Shown: positions 1 through 8,386 of the stretch, piece after piece
Numbering within the stretch: position 1 is the first letter of the stretch
How the letters are laid out: each line of letters starts with the position of its first letter
DNA from: Actinomycetota bacterium
GTDB taxonomy: Bacteria; Actinomycetota; Acidimicrobiia; IMCC26256; JAENVU01
Direction: 5' to 3'
DNA: 64,000 bases
Assembly: GCA_016870395.1 (NCBI GenBank)
Contig: VGBT01000009.1
Coordinates: 15,306-79,305, forward strand
Program-made: the position numbers and the translations under genes
Notes under the pieces: model-generated
Seen by the model: the letters and a program-made list of their open reading frames with translations, nothing else
Databases searched by the model: none
What the model was told of the DNA's origin: nothing

Positions 1-591
1 GACTTCGGTTCCGACGGGTTCCGCTACCACTTCATGGCGGACCAGCGCTTCGGTCCCGACGGCGACTTCAGCTACGAGGCGATGGTCGCGCGTTACAACG
101 CGGACCTCGCGAACAACTTCGGCAACCTCGCGAGCCGCGTCCTCAACATGGCGACGAGCTACTGCGGCGCGGTCACCCCCGAGGCGCGCGAGAACGGCCC
201 CCTCGTCGACGCGACGCGGCTCGCGTTCTCCGGCCTCGGCGACGGCTACGCGCGACTCGACTTCGCGGGAGGGCTTGCCGAGCTCTGGCAGCTGATCAAG
301 GAGGCCAACGCCTACATCGAGGCGCGTGAGCCGTGGAGGTTGCACAAGGTGGGTGACCGCACCGCGGCCGAAGCGGTCCTGGGTGACTGCCTCGAGGTGC
401 TGCGAGTGATCGCGCTGCTCGCCTCTCCGGTGATCCCCCGGGCTGCGGGCGAGCTCTGGCGACGCCTCGGACTTCCGGGCACGCCCGAGGACCAGCGCCT
501 GCCGGACGCGGCGGCCTGGGGCGCGGTGGCCACGGCGGGCGCGCCCCTGGAGAAGGGCTCCGCCCTGTTCCCCCGGATCGATGCCACCTGA
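1..591 (+). CDS. metG: methionine--tRNA ligase, C-terminal part (5' end outside window)
   Basis: Frame open from base 1 to TGA 589-591; anticodon-binding-domain-like sequence (ARYNADLANNFGNLASRVLNM, REPWRL); conserved metG-tatD-rsmA-ispE neighbourhood. Confidence 0.85.
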   Translation, partial: DFGSDGFRYHFMADQRFGPDGDFSYEAMVARYNADLANNFGNLASRVLNMATSYCGAVTPEARENGPLVDATRLAFSGLGDGYARLDFAGGLAELWQLIKEANAYIEAREPWRLHKVGDRTAAEAVLGDCLEVLRVIALLASPVIPRAAGELWRRLGLPGTPEDQRLPDAAAWGAVATAGAPLEKGSALFPRIDAT

Positions 592-618
592 CCCCTCCCC
601 CAGCGCTTTGGCGTCAGC

Positions 619-639
619 AGACCGCGATAATCGCGGTCT
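619..639 (+). terminator. perfect 9-bp stem / 3-nt loop hairpin (AGACCGCGA-TAA-TCGCGGTCT) ~27 nt after the metG stop
   Basis: Read directly from sequence; no T-tract, so only a candidate terminator/attenuator. Confidence 0.35.
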
Positions 640-640
640 C

Positions 641-1420
641 GTGGCGCCAGAACCCCCTAGGGGGTGGGTGGACAGCCACTGCCACCTGCCCGACGACCCG
701 GCCGAGGCGGCTGGGGTGCTCGACCGGGCCCGGGCGGCGGGCGTCGCGTGGATCGTAAGTGTCGGTACCGACCTCGCCACGTCACGGCGGGCGGTAGCGC
801 ACGCGGAGGCTTACGACGACGTGTACGCGACCGTCGGCCTCCACCCCCACGAAGCGTCCCGTCTGGGAGACGAGTGGGACGAGCTGCGCGCGCTCGTGGA
901 GCATCCCCGTGTGGTCGCCGTCGGCGAGGCCGGCTTCGACCTGTACTACGAGCACTCGCCGCGCGACGCACAGGCCACGGCGTTCCGCGCGCAGGTGGAG
1001 CTCGCGCACGAGCTCGATCGCGCGCTCGTCGTCCACACCCGTGACGCATGGGACGCGACCTTCGCGCTGCTCGACGAGCTGGGCACGCCGAAGCGCACGG
1101 TCTTTCACTGCTTCACCGGCGGCGTGGGCGAGGCCGAGCAGGCACTCGCGCGGGGCGCGTACGTCTCGTTCAGCGGCATCGTGACGTTCAAGAACGCGAG
1201 CGACGTGCGCGCGGCGGCGGCGATCGTCCCACCGACGCGCGCGCTCGTGGAGACCGACGCGCCGTACCTCGCTCCGGTACCGCACCGTGGTCGCCCGAAC
1301 GAGCCTGCGTTCGTCGCGCTCGTCGGAGCCGCGGTCGCCCACGCGACGCGACGCTCTGCGTCGGTAGTCGCGGCCAGCACCGAGGCGGCCGCGGCAGCGG
1401 TGTTCCTGACCGGTCGCTGA
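641..1420 (+). CDS. tatD: TatD family metal-dependent hydrolase
   Basis: WVDSHCHL near N-terminus, later HTRDA and ETDAPYL motifs typical of TatD; start ambiguous (ATG 581 overlaps metG and the hairpin; GTG 641 or GTG 668 more plausible). Confidence 0.85.
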   Translation: MAPEPPRGWVDSHCHLPDDPAEAAGVLDRARAAGVAWIVSVGTDLATSRRAVAHAEAYDDVYATVGLHPHEASRLGDEWDELRALVEHPRVVAVGEAGFDLYYEHSPRDAQATAFRAQVELAHELDRALVVHTRDAWDATFALLDELGTPKRTVFHCFTGGVGEAEQALARGAYVSFSGIVTFKNASDVRAAAAIVPPTRALVETDAPYLAPVPHRGRPNEPAFVALVGAAVAHATRRSASVVAASTEAAAAAVFLTGR

Positions 1421-1532
1421 CCCGTCGCGAGGCCACAACCAGCCCCGACGCCGCGGGATTGGCAGATCCTGGGGTTCATCTTGCCCGGCCGCGCGGGCGT
1501 CGGTACGGTCCGGCCCATCTCCGCAGCCGGTC

Positions 1533-3062
1533 TTGTTCCGGCGCGGATGCCACCTGGACCGAGAGGCGGAGCCCATCAGCGAGCACGTGCTGCGTCGAGC
1601 CGCGCGGCAGAAGCGAGGACACAACCACGACAACCGCGCGCGGCACTACGCGCTGCGTGCCGTGCGTCCGTCGCCGGCGCGAGCCGAGGCGCCTGAGCCC
1701 GAGGTCTGGCTGCCGATCCTCGACATCACCGGCGAGCTCGAGGTGCTCGACCTGACCGGCGAGCTCGAGGTGCTCGCGCTCGAGGAGGGCCGACTCGACC
1801 TTGACCGCGAGCTGAGCGAGCTCGAGGCCGACTTCTGGCGGACCGCGCCGGGTCGACTTGCGGAGGCGGTTGCCCGGGTCGCCGACGCCGGCCTCGTCGC
1901 TTTCGACCGGCCCGCTGCACTCGCGCCGCCGGTCGCGCCCGCCGACCGGGCACCCACTTGCGGACCCGCGCCGGTGTCTCCCATTGTCCAGACGCCGGCC
2001 CTCGCGGCCTCGGCGGCTGCCGCCGAGGCCGCGAGGGCCGTTCCCCGCACGTACCCGGAGCCCCGGCGGGCCGCCGTCGTGGCCCGCCGGCCTGCCGTTC
2101 GGCTGCGCCATCGGATCGTCGGCACCGCGCTCGCCGTCGCCATGCTCGCGGCGCTCGCGGTTGCCACGCCGACGCTGCTCGGCGCCTCGGCCCCCCGGCG
2201 CGACGTGATGCTCGCGCTCGACGGGCGCATCGTCGAGGTCACCACGCGCGTTGAAACGGTCGGCGCGCTCCTTACCGAGCAGCGCATCGAGCTCGCCGAC
2301 GCGGATCGGGTCGTCCCGGCGGCGAGCGCCCGGTTCGACGGCGATCATCCGGTGCGGGTGCTGCGCGCGTTCCCGCTGACGGTCGACGTCGACGGGTCGG
2401 CGACCGAGGTGCGCACGAGCTACCGGTCCGTCAGCGGCCTGCGCCGCCAGCTCGGTCTCGCGCCGGATCTTGTGCTCACGTCGGAGCCGGGCCGACTCGG
2501 TCGCGGCAGCGCGGTGGTGTTCCGCTCGCCCGACGACGTCACGCTCGCCGTCGATGGCGCGACGACGCCGATCGCCGACGCGATCGAGACCGACGTCGCG
2601 GCGTTGATCGCGGCCCGGGGGATCGCCCTGGGTCCGGGCGACACCGTCGACCCGGTGCTCGAGACCCCGCTCGACGACGGCCTCGCGATCACCGTGCGCC
2701 GGGCACCCCCTCCTGCGGCGGCACCCGCCGCGGCAGCCACCAGCGCGCCTCCGTCCGCACCGCGCCCGGTCGCCCCGGTACCGGTACCGGCACCGGCGCC
2801 CGCTCCGGTCCCCGCGGTCTTCCAGACCGGGAGCGCGACCTGGTATGAGACGGGACCGGGCCCGGGCACCTGCGCGCACCTGAGCCTGCCGATGGGAACG
2901 ATCCTCACGATCACCTACCAGGGCCGCACCGCCCAGTGCCGAGTTGCCGACCGCGGCCCGCAGTCCTGGACCGGCCACGTCATCGACCTCTCGCCCGACG
3001 TGTTCCGGGCTCTCGCCCCGCTCGGCACCGGGATCCTGCGCGGCATCACCCTGTCCAAGTAG
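1533..3062 (+). CDS. membrane-anchored protein with three DUF348-like repeats, a Pro/Ala linker and a C-terminal RlpA-like double-psi beta-barrel domain (occupies the rpfB/yabE position upstream of rsmA)
   Basis: TM segment IVGTALAVAMLAALAVA; three V-x-V-DG...T...TV repeats; C-terminus ATWYETGPG...CRVADRGPQSWTGHVIDLSPDVF resembles RlpA DPBB; start (TTG 1533) uncertain. Confidence 0.75.
   Translation: MFRRGCHLDREAEPISEHVLRRAARQKRGHNHDNRARHYALRAVRPSPARAEAPEPEVWLPILDITGELEVLDLTGELEVLALEEGRLDLDRELSELEADFWRTAPGRLAEAVARVADAGLVAFDRPAALAPPVAPADRAPTCGPAPVSPIVQTPALAASAAAAEAARAVPRTYPEPRRAAVVARRPAVRLRHRIVGTALAVAMLAALAVATPTLLGASAPRRDVMLALDGRIVEVTTRVETVGALLTEQRIELADADRVVPAASARFDGDHPVRVLRAFPLTVDVDGSATEVRTSYRSVSGLRRQLGLAPDLVLTSEPGRLGRGSAVVFRSPDDVTLAVDGATTPIADAIETDVAALIAARGIALGPGDTVDPVLETPLDDGLAITVRRAPPPAAAPAAAATSAPPSAPRPVAPVPVPAPAPAPVPAVFQTGSATWYETGPGPGTCAHLSLPMGTILTITYQGRTAQCRVADRGPQSWTGHVIDLSPDVFRALAPLGTGILRGITLSK
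1728..1776 (+). repeat. 27-nt tandem direct duplication inside the CDS (ACCGGCGAGCTCGAGGTGCTCG x2)
   Basis: 1728-1749 is identical to 1755-1776; in frame, giving TGELEVLDL/TGELEVLAL. Confidence 0.85.
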
Positions 3063-3083
3063 CCGCGCGAGCATGAGGGCCGA

Positions 3084-3911
3084 GTGCCCCTCCTGACCCC
3101 CGGTTCGATCGCGGACCTCCTCGACCGTCACGGCCTGCGACCGAGCCGCGCGCTCGGCCAGCACTTCCTGGCCGATCCCAACACCGCGCGCCGCATCGTG
3201 CGCCTGGCCGACGTCGAGCCCGGCGATCGGGTGCTCGAGATCGGGCCCGGTGTCGGCTCGCTCACCGCCGCACTCGTCGAGTCCGGCGCGCAGGTCACCG
3301 CACTGGAGCTGGATCGACACGTGCTCCCGGCACTCGCCGAGGTGGTGGGCGACGGTGTGCGGGTGGTTCTGGGCGACGCGCTCACCGCGGACCTCGAGCA
3401 GGTCGTCCCGGTCGCCGACGGGCCGTGGGCGGCGGTCTCGAACCTGCCGTACAACGTCGCGACGCCCATCGTCATGCGTCTGTTGGAGCTCGCGCCGCAG
3501 GTGCGAACGATGTTCGTGATGGTGCAGCGCGAGGTCGGCGAGCGGTTCGCGGCGAGCCCGGGGGGCAAGGACTACGGGGCGGTGTCGGTGAAGCTCGCAT
3601 TCTTCGCGCGTGCCAGGGTGGTCGGCATGGTTCCGCCGACGGTTTTCCTGCCGCCCCCCCAAGTCGATTCCGCGCTCGTGCGGATCGAGCGCCATGTGGT
3701 CGCGCCGGTCGCGGTGCCCTCCGCCGACGCGCTGTTCGCGCTCGTCAAGGCCGGCTTCGGGCAGCGGCGCAAGATGCTGCGGGGCGCGCTCCGTTCCGTG
3801 CTCGGTCCCCGGACGGTCGACGTGCTCGCCGCTGCCGGCGTCGACCCCGGCGCGCGGGCCGAGTCGCTCGACCTCGAGGCGTGGGCGGCGATCGCCCGCG
3901 AGGCGACATGA
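3084..3911 (+). CDS. rsmA: 16S rRNA (adenine1518/1519-N6)-dimethyltransferase
   Basis: LGQHFLADPNTARRIV, EIGPGVGSLT SAM motif, NLPYNV; synteny with ispE. Confidence 0.95.
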   Translation: MPLLTPGSIADLLDRHGLRPSRALGQHFLADPNTARRIVRLADVEPGDRVLEIGPGVGSLTAALVESGAQVTALELDRHVLPALAEVVGDGVRVVLGDALTADLEQVVPVADGPWAAVSNLPYNVATPIVMRLLELAPQVRTMFVMVQREVGERFAASPGGKDYGAVSVKLAFFARARVVGMVPPTVFLPPPQVDSALVRIERHVVAPVAVPSADALFALVKAGFGQRRKMLRGALRSVLGPRTVDVLAAAGVDPGARAESLDLEAWAAIAREAT

Positions 3912-3921
3912 GCAGGGGAGC

Positions 3922-4764
3922 ATGAGCGGCGCGGGGGCGATCCTGGCACCCGCGAAGCTCACGCTGTCGCTGCGGATCCTCGGTCTTCGCGACGACGGCT
4001 TCCACGCGCTCGAGGCGCTGACGGTGAGCGTGTCCGAACCGGCCGATACGCTCGTCGTCGCGGAGGCCGACCCCGGGACCGTGGCGTTGGCGGTCAGCGG
4101 GGTCACCGCCGACTTGCCCGTCGACGACACCAACCTCGTCGTGCGGGCGGTCCGCGCGGTGCTGCCCGACGGGCTCGGTCTGCGGATCGCGCTGCACAAG
4201 GTCATTCCGCCCGGCGCGGGTCTCGGTGGCGGCTCGTCCGACGCGGGGGCCGTGCTCCGCACGTTGCGCGACCGCTTCGGCGTCGACCCCGAGCGGGTCG
4301 CGCAGGCCGGTGCCGCACTGGGGTCCGACATTCCGTTCTGCGTCTCCGGAACGCCCGCGTGGATGCGTGGCCGCGGGGAGGTGCTCGACCCGGTCGCGCT
4401 GCGCGGAGCCCTGGCGGTCGTGGTGGTGAAGCCGCCGTTCGCGCTGCACACGCCGCCGGTGTACCGCACATGGGACGAGCTGGGCGGGCCTGCCGGCGAG
4501 CGGGTCCTCCCAGCGCCGGCCGCGGTGGCGCACCTGACCGCGAGCCTGGTGAACGACCTCGAGCCCGCGGCCGAGCACGTCGAGCCTCGGCTGCGCCCGT
4601 TCCGATCCGCGCTGGAAGCGGCCGCCGGCCGCCCGGCACTCCTCGCCGGGAGTGGGTCGGCCTGCTGGGTCGCCTTCGACCACGCCGAGGAGGCGGAGGT
4701 CGCAGCCGCGCGGGTGCGCGAGGCGCTGGGGCTGCCCGCGTGGGTCGGCACCGCGCTCGGCTGA
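3922..4764 (+). CDS. ispE: 4-diphosphocytidyl-2-C-methyl-D-erythritol kinase
   Basis: APAKLTLSLRILGLRDDGFHALE and IPPGAGLGGGSSDAGA (GHMP kinase motif); ATG 3922 preceded by AGGGGAG; the track ORF from 3610 overlaps rsmA out of register. Confidence 0.9.
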   Translation: MSGAGAILAPAKLTLSLRILGLRDDGFHALEALTVSVSEPADTLVVAEADPGTVALAVSGVTADLPVDDTNLVVRAVRAVLPDGLGLRIALHKVIPPGAGLGGGSSDAGAVLRTLRDRFGVDPERVAQAGAALGSDIPFCVSGTPAWMRGRGEVLDPVALRGALAVVVVKPPFALHTPPVYRTWDELGGPAGERVLPAPAAVAHLTASLVNDLEPAAEHVEPRLRPFRSALEAAAGRPALLAGSGSACWVAFDHAEEAEVAAARVREALGLPAWVGTALG

Positions 4765-4810
4765 TCCGGGGAGGGAGTGTTGCGATCAGTGCCGGGCCGG
4801 ACATGAGAAA

Positions 4811-4828
4811 GCCGCCCCGGGGGGCGGC
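4811..4828. terminator. GC hairpin GCCGCCCC-GG-GGGGCGGC between convergent ispE and bS22
   Basis: Perfect inverted repeat read directly; lies between two convergent stop codons (4764 and 4848). Confidence 0.5.
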
Positions 4829-4847
4829 TCCCTGATCGACCCCGGGC

Positions 4848-4949
4848 CTAGCGGCCCTGCTGTCGACGCTGCCAGCGCGTCTTCTTGAGCAGCTTCTTGT
4901 GCTTCTTCTTCCGCATGCGCTTGCGGCGCTTCTTGATCAAAGAGCCCAT
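4848..4949 (-). CDS. small basic ribosomal protein bS22 (actinobacterial 30S subunit protein, 33 aa)
   Basis: Reverse-strand translation [33 protein letters not shown] closely resembles mycobacterial bS22 ([21 protein letters not shown]...); too short for the ORF track. Confidence 0.8.
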   Translation of the reverse strand: [33 protein letters not shown]

Positions 4950-5005
4950 GGCGGCGTCGACGCTACCCACCGTGAGCCCCGGATGTCACATCTTGCTCGT
5001 GTCGC

Positions 5006-5041
5006 GTCGCGGTGGCGCCGCCCGCGCGGCGCCACCGCGAC
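5006..5041. repeat. perfect 15-bp inverted repeat (GTCGCGGTGGCGCCG - 6 nt - CGGCGCCACCGCGAC)
   Basis: Arms 5006-5020 and 5027-5041 are exact reverse complements; located between divergent bS22 and tRNA-Gln. Confidence 0.9.
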
Positions 5042-5090
5042 CTCCGGGACCGGTTGAGAACACCGGCGCGGTAAGGTCGCCCGGGTCCGG

Positions 5091-5161
5091 TCGGGGGTGG
5101 TGTAACGGCAGCACGGGGTCCTTTGGAGTCCCAAGTCGAGGTTCGAAACCTCGCCCCCGAG
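5091..5161 (+). tRNA. tRNA-Gln (anticodon UUG)
   Basis: 71-nt cloverleaf: acceptor TCGGGGG/CCCCCGA (U1-A72), D stem GTGT/GCAC, anticodon loop CTTTGGA, T arm CGAGG-TTCGAAA-CCTCG; one U-U mismatch in the anticodon stem; CCA not encoded. Confidence 0.85.
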
Positions 5162-5231
5162 CAGCCCCTGAGCACCGTCGCGAAGGTCGCACCGTTGCGG
5201 AGGAGTGGAGCATGAGCGAGGCGCTCGCAGG

Positions 5232-6659
5232 ATGAGCGGGTACCGGCCGCTGGCCGCGGTCGTGCTCGCCGCGGGCGAGGGGACCCGCATGAGGTCCTCG
5301 ACGCCCAAGGTCCTCCACCCGCTCTGTGGACGACCGATGCTCCTCCACGTGATCAACGCGCTGTCCGCGCTCCCACTCGAGCGGATCGTGATCGTGGTGG
5401 GCCACGGTGCGGAGCGGGTCACCAAGACGATCCAGGAGTTGATCGCGACCGAGCTACCGATCGAGTTCGTCGAGCAACGGGTGCAGCGAGGCACCGGCGA
5501 CGCAGCGAGCGTGGCGCTGACCGGGTTCGCCGACGAGCTCGACGGTGAGGACGACATCATCGTGATGCCCGGCGACGCGCCGCTCGTGCGGCCCGAGGTG
5601 CTTGCAAGGTTGGCGACGGAGCATCGCGAGGTCGACGCTGCCGCCACGATTCTTATTGCCGATCTCGACGAGTCGACCGCCGACTTCGGGCGGGTGGTGC
5701 GCGACGACAAGGGACGGGTCGAGAGAATCGTGGAGCGCAGCGACGCGACCGACGCCGAGCTCGCGGTCACCGAGGTCAACACCTCGATCTACTGCTTCCG
5801 GCGTGGGCTGCTCGCGCCGGCGCTTCGCCGGCTGAGCCCGGAGAACGCGCAGGGCGAGTACTACCTCACCGATGCCGTGGGGGTGCTGCGTCAGGCCGGT
5901 CACCTCGTGCACGCCGTGCCGGCCGACGACTCTGCCGCGTCGATGCACGTGAACGACCGTGCCCAGCTCGCCGAGGCCGAGGCCGAGCTCCGCTCGCGGA
6001 TCAACACGCACTGGATGCGCGAAGGCGTCACGATGACCGACCCGACGGCGACCTACGTGGACGCCTCGGTCGAGCTCGAGGCCGAGGTCCGGCTCCTGCC
6101 CGGCACGATCCTCGAAGGGCGCACGGTGATCGGTGCCCGCTCGGTGATCGGCCCCGACACCCGCCTCGTCGACACGATCGTCGGTGAGGGCGCCGTCGTC
6201 GCCAACACGATCGCGCGGGAAGCCGAGATCGGCGACGGCGCCACTGTGGGTCCCTACGTCTCGCTCCGAGCGGGGACGCGCCTCGCCGCCGGGGCGCACG
6301 TCGGCACCTTCGTCGAGATCAAGAACTCGGAGATCGGGGAGGGCGCGAAGGTTCCCCACCTCGCGTACATCGGCGACGCGGAGATCGGCGCTCGATCCAA
6401 CGTCGGTGCCGGCACGATCACCGCGAACTACGACGGCAAGCGAAAGCACCGCACCAAGGTGGGCAAGGACGTGCGTATCGCTTCGAACACCGTGCTGGTG
6501 GCTCCCGTCGAGGTCGGCGACGGTGCGTACACGGCGGCCGGCGCAGTCGTGAACCGCGACGTCCCGCCGGGCGCGCTGGCCAGGGGCGTTCCTGCGCGCG
6601 TGGAGGAAGGCTGGGCCGAACGCCGAGCGACCGAGGAAGAGCAGGAAGGTCACGACTGA
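5232..6659 (+). CDS. glmU: bifunctional UDP-N-acetylglucosamine pyrophosphorylase / glucosamine-1-phosphate N-acetyltransferase
   Basis: LAAGEGTRMRS N-terminal motif, C-terminal left-handed beta-helix hexapeptide repeats; ATG 5232 fits usual N-terminus better than GTG 5205. Confidence 0.95.
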   Translation: MSGYRPLAAVVLAAGEGTRMRSSTPKVLHPLCGRPMLLHVINALSALPLERIVIVVGHGAERVTKTIQELIATELPIEFVEQRVQRGTGDAASVALTGFADELDGEDDIIVMPGDAPLVRPEVLARLATEHREVDAAATILIADLDESTADFGRVVRDDKGRVERIVERSDATDAELAVTEVNTSIYCFRRGLLAPALRRLSPENAQGEYYLTDAVGVLRQAGHLVHAVPADDSAASMHVNDRAQLAEAEAELRSRINTHWMREGVTMTDPTATYVDASVELEAEVRLLPGTILEGRTVIGARSVIGPDTRLVDTIVGEGAVVANTIAREAEIGDGATVGPYVSLRAGTRLAAGAHVGTFVEIKNSEIGEGAKVPHLAYIGDAEIGARSNVGAGTITANYDGKRKHRTKVGKDVRIASNTVLVAPVEVGDGAYTAAGAVVNRDVPPGALARGVPARVEEGWAERRATEEEQEGHD

Positions 6660-7648
6660 TGGAGCTGGTCAGCAAGAAGCGGCTGATGCTGTTCGCAGGC
6701 TCGGGGAACCTCGAGCTCTCCGAGGAGATCGCGGCCTGCTTGGAGGTGCACCTCGGGGAGGTGAAGCGGTCCCGGTTCGCGAACGGCGAGCTGTACTGCC
6801 GGCTCGGTCAGAGCGTGCGCGGCTCAGACGTGTTCATCATCCAGGGGCACTGTGAGCCGATCAACGATCACATCATCGAGCAGCTCCTCATGATCGACGC
6901 CGCCAAGCGCGCCTCGGCCAAGCGGATCACCGCGGTCTGCCCGTTCTACGGGTACTCGCGCCAGGACCGGAAGGCCGAGGGGCGCGAGCCCATCTCGGCG
7001 CGCCTGATGGCCGACCTGCTCACTGTCGCCGGCGTCGACCGCGTGGTCACGGTCGACTTGCACACCGGGCAGATCCAGGGGTTCTTCGACTGTCCGGTCG
7101 ACCACCTGACCGCGGTGCCGCTGCTCGCGCAGCACATGGCCGGTGCCCTGGACCGCTCGGTCGACGTCACCGTCGTCTCACCCGACGCCGGCGGCGGCAA
7201 GCTCGCACGCCGGTTCGCGAACAAACTCGCCGACCACGGCGTCGAGCCCGACCTCGCCTTCATCGACAAGCGACGGCCGAAGGGCACGCACAACGTCGCG
7301 GTGGCGACCGAGGTCGTGGGGGAGGTGGATGGCCGCCAGTGCCTGCTCGTCGACGACATGATCGACACCGCCGGCACGGTCGTGAGCGCGGCCGAGCTGC
7401 TCACCAGCCGGGGCGCCTCGTCCGTCTCGATCCTCGCGACCCACGGCCTGCTCTCCGGCCCCGCAATCGACCGTCTGAAGAATGGGCCGATTCGTGAGGT
7501 GGTGGTCACCAACACGCTGCCGATCCCGTGGGAGAAGCACTTCGACAACCTCACGGTGCTCTCCATCGCGCCGATCGTCGCGGAGGCGATCGACGCGGTG
7601 TTCGAGGACACGTCTGTCTCCGAGTTGTTCAAGGGAGACAATGTGTGA
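6659..7648 (+). CDS. prs: ribose-phosphate pyrophosphokinase
   Basis: FANGELYCR, YGYSRQDRK, VSPDAGG, LVDDMIDTAGT PRPP-binding motifs. Confidence 0.95.
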   Translation: MELVSKKRLMLFAGSGNLELSEEIAACLEVHLGEVKRSRFANGELYCRLGQSVRGSDVFIIQGHCEPINDHIIEQLLMIDAAKRASAKRITAVCPFYGYSRQDRKAEGREPISARLMADLLTVAGVDRVVTVDLHTGQIQGFFDCPVDHLTAVPLLAQHMAGALDRSVDVTVVSPDAGGGKLARRFANKLADHGVEPDLAFIDKRRPKGTHNVAVATEVVGEVDGRQCLLVDDMIDTAGTVVSAAELLTSRGASSVSILATHGLLSGPAIDRLKNGPIREVVVTNTLPIPWEKHFDNLTVLSIAPIVAEAIDAVFEDTSVSELFKGDNV

Positions 7649-8187
7649 AACGGGTTTTCCTCGGCGCGCTGCTCGGCGCGGCTTTGCTGGTCGCGCTCGC
7701 GGGACCGGCCGGCGCGCACGGTGACGACGGCAACCTCGCCGTGCAGGCGACGCGCCATGGGCTCTCCGTCGAGTACGTGACGCGCCTTACGTTCGTGAGC
7801 GACGGTCATCCCGCCGACGAGGCGACGGTCACGGTCAGCGCTACCGGGCCCGCCACCGTCGCGCCCGTGGCGCTCAGCCCGCAGGGTGACGGCAACTACG
7901 CGGGCACGGTGACGTTCCCGACGGTGGGTACCTGGACCGTGGTCCTCGAGAGCACGAACCCTGGGGCCCGGGTCACCCAGACCCAGGTCGTCGCCGACGA
8001 CGCTCCCACCACGACCACGACGTCGCCGTCCTCGAGGACCGCCTCCAGGGGGTCGGGGGCAGGAACCGAGGACGAGACGGGCGGAGACTCGGCGTTGCCG
8101 GTCATCGCGTTCGTGGTGGTCGGCGTGTTTGCCGGGCTGGGCATCGGCTTCTGGCTCGTGCGGCGCAACGCCGCCCGAAGGGGCTAG
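7645..8187 (+). CDS. secreted, C-terminally membrane-anchored protein of unknown function (beta-rich, Thr/Ser linker)
   Basis: GTG 7645 overlaps prs stop (GTGA); signal peptide LLVALAGPAGA-HG; C-terminal TM VIAFVVVGVFAGLGIGFWLV + RRNAARRG. Confidence 0.6.
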   Translation: MKRVFLGALLGAALLVALAGPAGAHGDDGNLAVQATRHGLSVEYVTRLTFVSDGHPADEATVTVSATGPATVAPVALSPQGDGNYAGTVTFPTVGTWTVVLESTNPGARVTQTQVVADDAPTTTTTSPSSRTASRGSGAGTEDETGGDSALPVIAFVVVGVFAGLGIGFWLVRRNAARRG

Positions 8188-8249
8188 GTACCCTGCTGAC
8201 TGCTCGGCGAGACGACGGAGCAGCTTCGACGATGCTTCTCGGTCGCCTC

Positions 8250-8283
8250 GGGCCGGTGGTCAGGTTCGAACCGACAGCGGCCC
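8250..8283 (+). terminator. candidate terminator hairpin (GGGCCG ... GGTTCGAACC ... CGGCCC)
   Basis: 6-bp outer stem enclosing an imperfect palindrome, ~63 nt after stop 8187; no T-tract. Confidence 0.3.
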
Positions 8284-8386
8284 GGGCTGCTCGGCGAAAC
8301 AACGCCACGGGCCGCGTTTGGTTCGGAGGGCGGCCAGCGGCCACAATGGAAGGTCCCTGCAACGCCTCCGAAGGACCTTACGCGCC

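Noticed and set aside
1728-1776. Tandem repeat considered as a CRISPR-like or minisatellite array
   Set aside because: There are only ~1.8 units and no spacers, and the repeat is in frame within a coding region. It is a simple slippage duplication. No CRISPR array exists anywhere in the window.
1476-4751. Very long ORFs such as 1476..4751(-), the 5' part of 15330..19706(+), 25659..28319(-), the 5' part of 25197..28226(+), 36902..38506(+), 51438..53975(-) and 42943..44568-type frames
   Set aside because: They run antisense or out of frame to genes with clear homology. Their translations are Arg/Ala/Pro/Gly-rich low-complexity text. Long stop-free frames are expected in DNA this GC-rich. Only the segments matching recognisable proteins were kept.
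5054-5077. Sigma-70-like promoter for tRNA-Gln (TTGAGA ... TAAGGT)
   Set aside because: The spacer is only 12 nt, so this is not a credible -35/-10 pair. No promoter is called.
8263-8272. GGTTCGAACC, which looks like a tRNA T-loop and raised the possibility of a tRNA or tRNA fragment in the prs-rplY spacer
   Set aside because: It is a self-complementary palindrome inside a simple hairpin. No acceptor, D or anticodon arms can be drawn around it.
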